Translations under genes and position numbers: made by a program
The notes under the pieces: model-generated
Database searches by the model: none
What the model was told of the DNA's origin: nothing
Seen by the model: the letters and a program-made list of their open reading frames with translations, nothing else
Source: a virus
Virus record (IMG/VR): IMGVR_UViG_3300010149_000010
Reading direction: 5' to 3' (one strand)
Length of the DNA stretch: 64,000 nucleotides
Shown here: in pieces, positions 51,301 to 58,459 of the stretch
Layout of the letters: each line of letters starts with the position of its first letter
How positions within the stretch are numbered: position 1 is the first letter of the stretch

Positions 51301-52751
51301 TTTCTTAAATATTCACTTCCGTATCCTGAATATGACAAAGCAGCAGCGCCTAAACCTAAAAACAAACCAGTAGTTGCATCTGTGAAGCCAGGCATTATCC
51401 CTTCTATGCCTCTCTTTACATAAGACATTCCTGTGATTTGCCCTAGGTAAGATCGACCTATGTCCAGGTTTACAGCTGTAGTTGCTACCCCCTCTATGAT
51501 ACCTTTATCAAAACCTGGAGCCAGTAGTTGCGCTAAAAAAGCTGCCCCGCCGACTTTTGTTGGCGTGAATTTTCCTCCACCTTTGGACATCTTATCATAC
51601 AAATAAGCAAATCCAACGCTTGTGCCTGCTGAAGCAATTAAGTTACCTGCACTGCCATGATTCCTTCTGTAGTGGTCAATTGTAGCTAGCCCAATACTAG
51701 CTGCGCCAATCTTGCTGGCCTTGTAACCTATTTCAAAAAATTGCTTATAAAACGGCCCAGGCTTGGTAGTAAGGCCTAAGCCTGTAGCGTCTGCAAAAGC
51801 ACTAAGATGTTTTCCTAAAATAGGTATCTGCTCTTTTGTAGCTGATATAACTCTATTGAATCTATTTAAACCTGCTGACAAGTAAGCCGTTGGGTAGGCA
51901 GTTCTTCTTCTTAAATCTTCTAATGAAGAAAAACTACCTTTCGCTGAAGCTATTAAACCTAACCTCTCTACGCTACCGTCAGAACCTTTAAAAATATCTT
52001 CAAAGACTACTCCTGGCACGTCCATGTTCTGTACAGAGCCTTGATAAGCAGGATTGATTTTTCCTGAAAGGTTTAGTTCCTCTATCAAATCATAAGGGTC
52101 TGCTGAGTAACGTAAATTTTGCACGGCCACATCGCTAGACAAAAGTTTTGATGCGCCTTTTTTCGTCTTTAGTTTAGTTTCAATTCCAGTTTGCTTGCCA
52201 GTTGAATCAACAACTGGCTCTTGAAACTCTTCAAGCTCTTCAAAGATTAATCTCCCCCGACCCCTTTGTTTAGATTCTTGCTCGTAAACAAGCCTGAACC
52301 TATCGTCATCAGTAGAGAAATGAGTGGCTATGTCTGAATAAGAGTCCTCGCCAATAATACCCTTAACTAGGTTCCTTGTACTTTCTTTGCTTAAGGAGTC
52401 TGAAGAAAAAACATATTTGTGCATTTCCTTAGAGTCTAAAGATGAGACTCCCTTCTCCATGCCCAACGCTTCTGGAGAAAGATATGGGCTCATGAATTCA
52501 GGTAACCTAAAAGTATTTGCAAACCCAAAAGGAGTTTTGTTTGCTAAGTTTCTTATCTGCCGCTGCAAGATATCATATTTAGTATAAGTGTTTTTACTAC
52601 CACCATACTGGCTATTCATTAAGAAATGTGCCCCAGCAAGTCCTGCTGCATATGGTGTCAAGGATAGCGCCCCTTCTATTAGAGGGTGCATATCAGGTTC
52701 AGCCGCTACAGCTGAATAAAAAACACTACCAGGACCTTGTTGAGTAAACAT
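48354..52751 (-). CDS. Tape-measure-like / ejected virion protein
   Basis: First large gene after the tail chaperones; several Ala/Gly-rich hydrophobic helices in the N-terminal half. Confidence 0.6.
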   Translation of the reverse strand: MFTQQGPGSVFYSAVAAEPDMHPLIEGALSLTPYAAGLAGAHFLMNSQYGGSKNTYTKYDILQRQIRNLANKTPFGFANTFRLPEFMSPYLSPEALGMEKGVSSLDSKEMHKYVFSSDSLSKESTRNLVKGIIGEDSYSDIATHFSTDDDRFRLVYEQESKQRGRGRLIFEELEEFQEPVVDSTGKQTGIETKLKTKKGASKLLSSDVAVQNLRYSADPYDLIEELNLSGKINPAYQGSVQNMDVPGVVFEDIFKGSDGSVERLGLIASAKGSFSSLEDLRRRTAYPTAYLSAGLNRFNRVISATKEQIPILGKHLSAFADATGLGLTTKPGPFYKQFFEIGYKASKIGAASIGLATIDHYRRNHGSAGNLIASAGTSVGFAYLYDKMSKGGGKFTPTKVGGAAFLAQLLAPGFDKGIIEGVATTAVNLDIGRSYLGQITGMSYVKRGIEGIMPGFTDATTGLFLGLGAAALSYSGYGSEYLRKSADNNLSAIDKIAKKVVPDFIKDRVGLVASAKTGKVDIPLTSKQVKASALYDALVPIKSGSGNYSENFMKYNPLGEEISNLHAGSPEIKEYTRRIDEIIKNKGAGDLENSEIKKLGTFFNKNKDLFQIVGNITDVSKREKEILDFEYNINAKIRSDVYDNNYKSNDLNRSLLDRIEIINSKYKSGSILDNTLRRTEILGAEIFHSFLGAPMKGDVTRMVNGEEVTKTYDEFAKSLNASPILRRFGALFLGVAATHQLLTGSLFGTMENPDELKEIYSGKKLVEIKKGRWWEGGGTPLGGNETSYFRPHAYVSLMTQAKEKAVWGDETEEYSPLSRFMLKNFTYHLEEKNYYDRPYPISGSAFEDVPVIGSILSNTIGRLIKPPRLMHEEELMQINDKGQVEHTYLQEFGSSKALGQMGPGVPKSPYSTSSLLGEVQYQFREIEGLTGYTKNYLQKLVTGRETIGTRDFQMASSSDMDSGVLDYWDMDLGGLGFTSEPIRRILPRPRSTIEKYNPIANTMPSWMPARYRRGDPYRSIPNGFSRMPGKAYEALNPEVEGLDPEDYPDIHKYKILSDLSPKSRETIRLRNQLMERRVAGLTTDLENRILENASEAHRKKLAPTRDFEYAKNAIKIPVVSDITKSLYQGAESIIRKVSAPAEYLIPGGFRPTQKLLGKTRSAIEAYEQERVYGTTNAFWDKHVRDWFRPALYSAANLMGWGGKPLHVTKREELDSHFDKLQFLKFMQLAQGAENGKDRQRYMKMAAQTRTGVNPNGDALSMYLSLPNAEKRFFDAFANAREADREKILELVPEDQVHLYKAVWGRVDSGEKLTLMGAGAKANIDPGYMSQQLQEVEKYFINKPLPGPDWIGWHKDVDIEDVKVKYIDNSSQETHDYDVWNSQVRRASRRPYLEGSDMFMYESPGPSRSSARNRLIRGMKNSTGIDFSKSLINTSHAPYENSRAEIHYNDDRSTEILSMLSLAIRG

Positions 52752-52757
52752 TGTGAG

Positions 52758-53468
52758 CTACCTTTTATCTAGAGATCTAAGCTGCGAAGCGCTCAATTTC
52801 TCCTTATTCAGTCTGTTCATTTCTTCTTTTAAAAATTCCTGTTCGACTTCTTGCAATTCCCAGTAACCCAACTCTTTTTCTAGAAGCTGAGAATCGTTTA
52901 CATAGTGCGTTTCACTTTCAGGTTCTTTTGCACCCGCGTCAGGATCTTCATCTTGAATATTATACATTTCCTTATATATATTTTCTAGATTGATTCTTTC
53001 AAATCCTGATTTAGTTTTAGACAATAAATTTTCAGCTGCAACAAAATTTTTCAAAAATTGTTTTTCTGTCATATTCTCAATATCAATTGGAGCGATACTG
53101 TTAAACGCAGAAAAAATAGTACAACGCATATGCTCGTATATGCTGTCTATAGGGTTCAGTTTTCTTTCATTGGCAATTGCCAATAAAAATTCTTCTCCAC
53201 TATTGTCCCCCGACAACTTGTATATAAGCTCGCCAGTGCTAATTCCATAACCAGCAGGTAAAGAATTAGGTAAATAAGCAGTATTCACCAAACAGCACAA
53301 GTTGAATATTTCATCGTAAAGCAAATAAGGTGGTACGTTGCTATTTAACAATTTATTGAATAGATTAAACTCTTTTATTTTAAGTAATCTAAATTCAAAA
53401 GTGCAGAACTCATCAAATGCAATGCAATATAAATCACAGTCTGATTCTAAGACTTTTTTTAAATCCAT
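52758..53468 (-). CDS. Tail assembly chaperone-like protein 2
   Basis: Lies between the tube genes and the tape-measure-like gene; N-terminal domain resembles the upstream chaperone. Confidence 0.65.
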   Translation of the reverse strand: MDLKKVLESDCDLYCIAFDEFCTFEFRLLKIKEFNLFNKLLNSNVPPYLLYDEIFNLCCLVNTAYLPNSLPAGYGISTGELIYKLSGDNSGEEFLLAIANERKLNPIDSIYEHMRCTIFSAFNSIAPIDIENMTEKQFLKNFVAAENLLSKTKSGFERINLENIYKEMYNIQDEDPDAGAKEPESETHYVNDSQLLEKELGYWELQEVEQEFLKEEMNRLNKEKLSASQLRSLDKR

Positions 53469-53482
53469 TGCAGCGCCCTATT

Positions 53483-54394
53483 CTAAAGCTGAGTAGTCAG
53501 TAACATTGACTGTTGCGGTGTTAAAAATCCAGAATTCAACAAAATCATCTGATAAAGAGAATCTAGTATACCCGCTTTGCAATACTCTAACCACCGCTCC
53601 TCTAAAGATGGCCACAGCACGCAGTAAAGAACTACTTTTTCTTTTAACTTTTCTTCAACTTCGTCAGGGTTTTGGCTCTCTTTTAATTTGTTCATTAACT
53701 CTTTTATTTTTCTCCACTCACCCCGAGTGAGGTGGTGATAGATATAAACCTCACCTTCTCCAAACGCCATTACATGGATTCCATTTTTCCCGTAAGCTTC
53801 TTTCCATGAGGATATCAAGTCTAAACTAGGTGGGTTTTTTTCACTACTCAACAACTCAAGAATCTGGTCTTTAAGGTCCACCTGCCCGCTGACTTCAGCT
53901 TGTGGCATTTCCTCCATAATTTCTTTCTCTTCTGATGCGATTGAATCTTCTAATGCTTTGAGTTCTTCTTCTAAGTTCATAGTTATAATCTCCGGTTCTG
54001 GTGTTGATTCTATTAATGCTTTAATGATGGTTGGTTCTTCTTCAGTTACTTCAACTTCTTTAGCAGGGGCAATTTTCACTTTTGCTTTTTTTTCAAGTTG
54101 ACGCTCTTTACTTTTTTCTAAAGCGGCCGCCTTTTTCTTTTCAAGCCTTTTTCTTTTCAATTCTTTTGCATTAGAAAGCTTTTCTTTTTCAGCTTCCACT
54201 TTTAACATTTCCGCTGTCGCGACTTTTTCAGCTTCTGTAAGCTTTGGCGCTGGTATGAAAGCGCTAGGCGGTAAGCTTTGAATGATTTGGTCGGCTGTAG
54301 GAGAGCCCCTTTCAAGGGCGTTTTTAGCCTTATCATTTAAAGGCTCTCCAAACATTACTAGATTTTGATTAAGCTTTTTACCTTTTATAGCCAT
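53483..54394 (-). CDS. Tail assembly chaperone-like protein 1 with Lys/Glu-rich N-terminal extension
   Basis: C-terminal YIYHHLTRGEW...CVLWP...AGILDSL...SGF; syntenic position. Confidence 0.65.
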   Translation of the reverse strand: MAIKGKKLNQNLVMFGEPLNDKAKNALERGSPTADQIIQSLPPSAFIPAPKLTEAEKVATAEMLKVEAEKEKLSNAKELKRKRLEKKKAAALEKSKERQLEKKAKVKIAPAKEVEVTEEEPTIIKALIESTPEPEIITMNLEEELKALEDSIASEEKEIMEEMPQAEVSGQVDLKDQILELLSSEKNPPSLDLISSWKEAYGKNGIHVMAFGEGEVYIYHHLTRGEWRKIKELMNKLKESQNPDEVEEKLKEKVVLYCVLWPSLEERWLEYCKAGILDSLYQMILLNSGFLTPQQSMLLTTQL

Positions 54395-54412
54395 TACTTA
54401 CCTTTTCAAAGT

Positions 54413-54877
54413 TTATTTAAGATTCTTAAATTCTATTGATCTACTTAAGAAACTATATTCTTCTAAAAGCACTTGTTCAGATATTTGAACTGTTTGCCCT
54501 CTAGAAATAATATAACAAGTTTTTAACACAATGTAACTTTGATCTCCAAATCTTATTTTAATATCAAACGCCTCTGTTAAAAAACCATTAAATGACATCA
54601 TCTCCGCCCGGCTTGAGACGGTAGAAAGAATGTCATTTATTATATAATCTGGTTTTACATAATTTACAACAAAATTACCTTGCACGATTTCTCTTCCTGG
54701 GAGCATTGCATCGAATTTTGTAGATGCGTATCCGTAAACAGGTTGTTGAGAGTTCTGTATGCTATAACTTATCCCTGCACACTCCAGCACCTCTTTGTAG
54801 CCAAGTTCTTTATCTGCATTTTCGAATGCAATAGATACATTTGCTCCAGAAAAATATTCGTAATTATAAAAACTCAT
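54413..54877 (-). CDS. Tail tube-like protein (paralogue 4)
   Basis: YFSGANV..GISYS...PVYGYAS..FD...GREIVQGNF. Confidence 0.7.
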   Translation of the reverse strand: MSFYNYEYFSGANVSIAFENADKELGYKEVLECAGISYSIQNSQQPVYGYASTKFDAMLPGREIVQGNFVVNYVKPDYIINDILSTVSSRAEMMSFNGFLTEAFDIKIRFGDQSYIVLKTCYIISRGQTVQISEQVLLEEYSFLSRSIEFKNLK

Positions 54878-54880
54878 AAT

Positions 54881-55798
54881 TTATCTTTCATATCCATCGA
54901 TCTCTACGCTTGTAGTTCCGAATTGATTTGGTTGAGCAGCTGGTTGCTGACTTTTATGACTGTTAATCAATTGCCTATAATACGGTTCATATAAGTCTTT
55001 GCCTTTGTGAGCATTATATGCATTGATAATTTCTTGAGAGGTTTGTTTGTTTAAATCAGTAAATGGTCTTACGTCTTGCGCTACGAACTGACAAACGACT
55101 TCAGTCACCATGTCATTTACAGAAGTAACAATACCTTCATTTACAAACTCTACACCTTCTAGCATCATAGATGCACCAGCGTCAGCAACCCCATTCCTAG
55201 CTACTTCAGTTTGATATCTAAGCATAATATTCACTGGTGATATTAATGTAGATATTTTATTATCAAATCTAATTTCACCGTACCCTGATCCAACCCCTTT
55301 CGTTTCTAAGTCTCTGGACCAGCCAATTAGATTGTTGTAAATGTTAGCAGGATCTTTTGCGGCCAACATTCTTAATGGATGGTCTTCTATTACTAAAAAC
55401 ACTATAGTTCCAGCAATAGTTCTAATACCACGAGTGTATCCAGAGACACCTCTTTCGCCAATCCTCCTTACGGGGGACTTGGCTTCATGTATCGAAATGG
55501 ATATCGTAGCCATTTGTGTTAAATGCACTGGAGTGAAAAAATTAGGGTTTGCCACTTCCTTGCTTGTGTCGTAAGTAGGGTCCAATTTTGGAACTCTACC
55601 AAAAGGGTTTTGGCCTCCTAAATAATGTCGCGTGGTATTTTGGAATAGCGTCCAACCAGCAACCTTAGTTTGATTAGCTGCTGCATTCTCCACTGCAATA
55701 GCTTCTATCCCTTCCCGCAACCCATCACTTCCAGGAAAAAAAGCAAACGCATCACAGTCTGATCCAGAATAGCTATATGTGTAATTAGCGCTACTCAT
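54881..55798 (-). CDS. Tail tube-like protein (paralogue 3)
   Basis: SYSGSD...TISISIHEAKSPVRRIG...GYTRGIRTIAGTIVF...LEGVEFVNEG. Confidence 0.72.
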   Translation of the reverse strand: MSSANYTYSYSGSDCDAFAFFPGSDGLREGIEAIAVENAAANQTKVAGWTLFQNTTRHYLGGQNPFGRVPKLDPTYDTSKEVANPNFFTPVHLTQMATISISIHEAKSPVRRIGERGVSGYTRGIRTIAGTIVFLVIEDHPLRMLAAKDPANIYNNLIGWSRDLETKGVGSGYGEIRFDNKISTLISPVNIMLRYQTEVARNGVADAGASMMLEGVEFVNEGIVTSVNDMVTEVVCQFVAQDVRPFTDLNKQTSQEIINAYNAHKGKDLYEPYYRQLINSHKSQQPAAQPNQFGTTSVEIDGYER

Positions 55799-57487
55799 TT
55801 ATACTCCTATTACGGTCGGGTCATTGTCATCAGGATCTGAGTTTGCACCCGAACCATCTTGATCATTATCAACGCTTTCATTTGCGTCTAAGGGGAAAGC
55901 GTCCCCAGGGTCAGTTACCCCGTCATTGTCATCGTCGTCGTCGTCAAAATTTGGAACTCCATCCCCATCAGTATCTACTGCTTCATGGAACCCTGAGCTA
56001 TCATCCCCAAAGTTAGGCGCTGGATCATCTCCATCTGGTATGCCGTCATTATCGTTGTCAGGGTCAGCTATATTGGGCACACCGTCATTATCTGTATCTT
56101 GGAATGTTCGCTCAACTTCGTCTTCTGTAAGTTCATCTACTTGAACGTCCTCTGCTTCTTCTATCCTCTCCTGTTCAAAAACAGCAGGGTCATCCATAAT
56201 ATCGGGGTTTGGATCATTTTCATTTAAGATACCGTCATTATCTCTATCTTCATCAAAATCTAATGGCTCATCTAACAAATCATCTGCTATATCTATTTCT
56301 TCGTCATCTATTAAGCTACCCTGATCTTTAACTTTAATACCACCACCGAATTCGCTTTCTTGGCTTGCACGTTTATCAAACCTTGCGGCGGTCTGTTTTG
56401 CTTCATTACTTTGCGGCGTAGTTTTACCCCGTTCGTCGCCCAAATCAAAACTACGCCAAGGCAAAATTGCTCTAGCAGTAAAGTTCAAAGAGTAAGGTAC
56501 TGTCATAGAATCTATGCTAAGCTCAGAGTTAGCAGACATAATTTCGCAACCATACAGTCTCATTTGAGCTGATTGACCGTATTCATTTACAGCTATTATT
56601 GTTATATCAAAAGGCAGTATTTGATCCAAATACTCAGCTTTACTTACTGTGTAATTCGAACCTAAATTATCTAAATTGTATTCATGGTTTAAAGCATAAT
56701 TCGAGTTTTGCCCAACTCTTTTCTCAACGATTGTTTCTTCAATTTTTACTGTAGGCTTGGCCCTTCTTCTTCTTATTACATTATTATTAATAATAAGTTG
56801 ACGCCTTTCTACTGCTTCATCATATGCAACATAATATGTAAAAGTGGGGGCCATTAATGCTAGGTCCATCGCGAGCTGACTAGCCCCGCCCCTGTAAACA
56901 ACGCCTTCAAAACCAGCACCAGCACACGATACTGCTGCCTGGATCAAAGCTCTAGCAATACCAGCAGCACCCAACCAAAAAGACTTAGCGAGGGTTTTAA
57001 GAGCACTTTCAAAAGCCGACTCTAAGCAATTATAAGCAGTGTCCTTTAGGGAAACACCAGGAAAAAAATTAGGTTTTATATATTCTTCATAAATCCATGT
57101 ATAACGTCCAGACAACGGCTCAGGGTCTTTTACTAAAGGCGCGGCAATATGTGTTTTCCGAGTCTGTTTTATTTTTTCTATTTTTTCTGAATAGAAAAGC
57201 TCATCTCTGTCTAACAGCGCTTTTTCATTTTCAAAAGACTTCGAATACAAAAGATCCAAATCTAAAAGCAAGCCTCTAATAACCCCGTTGATACCTCTCT
57301 TCCCCCTACCAAAAGAGATTGGATCAACAGAGCCCATAACATAATTAGGCGTCTTTTCACGCTGTATCATGTAACTTAACTGTTGAATACTTCCACATTC
57401 GTGACCATTGATTATCACCCTGATATCAACTCCAGAAAAAGAGCTATATGATTGTGATAAAGATGTAGAGGCATCTACTCTTGACAT
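55799..57487 (-). CDS. Tail tube paralogue 2 with C-terminal thrombospondin type-3 (TSP3)-like Ca-binding repeats
   Basis: Tube motifs nearly identical to those of 57563-58435; C-terminal DxDxDG repeats (DTDNDGVPN, DNDNDGIPD, DTDGDGVPN, DAFPLDANE). Confidence 0.8.
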   Translation of the reverse strand: MSRVDASTSLSQSYSSFSGVDIRVIINGHECGSIQQLSYMIQREKTPNYVMGSVDPISFGRGKRGINGVIRGLLLDLDLLYSKSFENEKALLDRDELFYSEKIEKIKQTRKTHIAAPLVKDPEPLSGRYTWIYEEYIKPNFFPGVSLKDTAYNCLESAFESALKTLAKSFWLGAAGIARALIQAAVSCAGAGFEGVVYRGGASQLAMDLALMAPTFTYYVAYDEAVERRQLIINNNVIRRRRAKPTVKIEETIVEKRVGQNSNYALNHEYNLDNLGSNYTVSKAEYLDQILPFDITIIAVNEYGQSAQMRLYGCEIMSANSELSIDSMTVPYSLNFTARAILPWRSFDLGDERGKTTPQSNEAKQTAARFDKRASQESEFGGGIKVKDQGSLIDDEEIDIADDLLDEPLDFDEDRDNDGILNENDPNPDIMDDPAVFEQERIEEAEDVQVDELTEDEVERTFQDTDNDGVPNIADPDNDNDGIPDGDDPAPNFGDDSSGFHEAVDTDGDGVPNFDDDDDDNDGVTDPGDAFPLDANESVDNDQDGSGANSDPDDNDPTVIGV

Positions 57488-57490
57488 AAT

Positions 57491-57545
57491 ATTACCCCAG
57501 GCTAAAAAGTTATTACTATTTATAACATTTATAGCTTGGGGTAAT
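57491..57545 (-). promoter_or_regulatory. Long intergenic hairpin overlapping the RBS of tube paralogue 2
   Basis: Arms attaccccaggcta (57491-57504) and tagcttggggtaat (57532-57545), 1 mismatch, plus an inner imperfect AT stem. The hairpin ends 3 nt before the ATG at 57487. Confidence 0.75.
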
Positions 57546-57562
57546 CTACAATTAAGTTTAAC

Positions 57563-58435
57563 TTACTTGCTGTAAGTAAACCGTGAATCTGCATTAGCCT
57601 CCTTACCCGGTTGACCTTCCCTTACTGCATCTTTATCGTGGTGGTCATATAGTTCATCTCTTGCAGATTTTCCTGAGCTACCATTCAAAGCGAAACTTCT
57701 CCAAGGTAGAATCGTTCGACAAACATAAGTCATTTGATTCTCTATTACAATGTCGTCTATAGAAAAACCTGAACCCTCATTAAGAATTTCACATCCATAA
57801 AGACGCATCTGCGCAGATTGACCATACTCATTCGCAGCAACAATAGTTACATCAAACGGTAAGATCTGGTCTACATAAAATACTTTTGCAACAGAATAAT
57901 TGTTACCTAAGTTATCTAACTCATATGAACGTTGAGGATCAAAGCGTTGAGTTGGTCCGCCACTAAATTCTACGCTCGCGGGATCATTACCAGGAAGTGT
58001 CCGAAGTAATCTTCCTGCAAGATTACCATCAACATCTTTAAGGCTAACGGTAGAAGTTTCATTATTTGCATTATTCAAAGCGCTTGTGTTGTAATTAGTG
58101 ATGCTTTGATTATTCGTGCTAGACCCCCCCGCTTCACCACTGTAGCTAGGGAAAATTTCGTCTTTGTCAAGGAGAGCACGCTCACCAGTAAACGATGGCG
58201 TGTAAAGCATATGCACGTCCATCATAAGTGAGATCATCGTACCAGCAATACCACGCTTACCACGAGAGTAAGAAACGGGGTCTACTGATCCCATAACATA
58301 GATGGGTGCTTTCTCGCGCTGGATAGCGTAAGACAAAGCTTGCATACTGCCTGCTTGTGCACCGTTAATAATAACTCTAATATCAACACCTGAATAAGAT
58401 GTATAGGTTCTACTTAAGTCTAATGAAGTTGCCAT
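57563..58435 (-). CDS. Major tail tube protein
   Basis: Directly downstream of the sheath, strong AAGGAG SD; SYSGVDI...QREKAPIYVMG...RGKRGIAG...LYGCEILNEG. Confidence 0.8.
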   Translation of the reverse strand: MATSLDLSRTYTSYSGVDIRVIINGAQAGSMQALSYAIQREKAPIYVMGSVDPVSYSRGKRGIAGTMISLMMDVHMLYTPSFTGERALLDKDEIFPSYSGEAGGSSTNNQSITNYNTSALNNANNETSTVSLKDVDGNLAGRLLRTLPGNDPASVEFSGGPTQRFDPQRSYELDNLGNNYSVAKVFYVDQILPFDVTIVAANEYGQSAQMRLYGCEILNEGSGFSIDDIVIENQMTYVCRTILPWRSFALNGSSGKSARDELYDHHDKDAVREGQPGKEANADSRFTYSK

Positions 58436-58459
58436 TATTCAATCTCCTTTGTTTTTAAA

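Noticed and set aside
53469-53535. -1 programmed frameshift between the chaperone genes at GGA TTT TTA
   Set aside because: Not a canonical XXXYYYZ heptamer, and the -1 frame hits TAG before the downstream ORF.
55810-56250. CRISPR array or DNA tandem repeat in the Asp-rich region
   Set aside because: The repetition is at the protein level (TSP3); there is no constant repeat-spacer structure.
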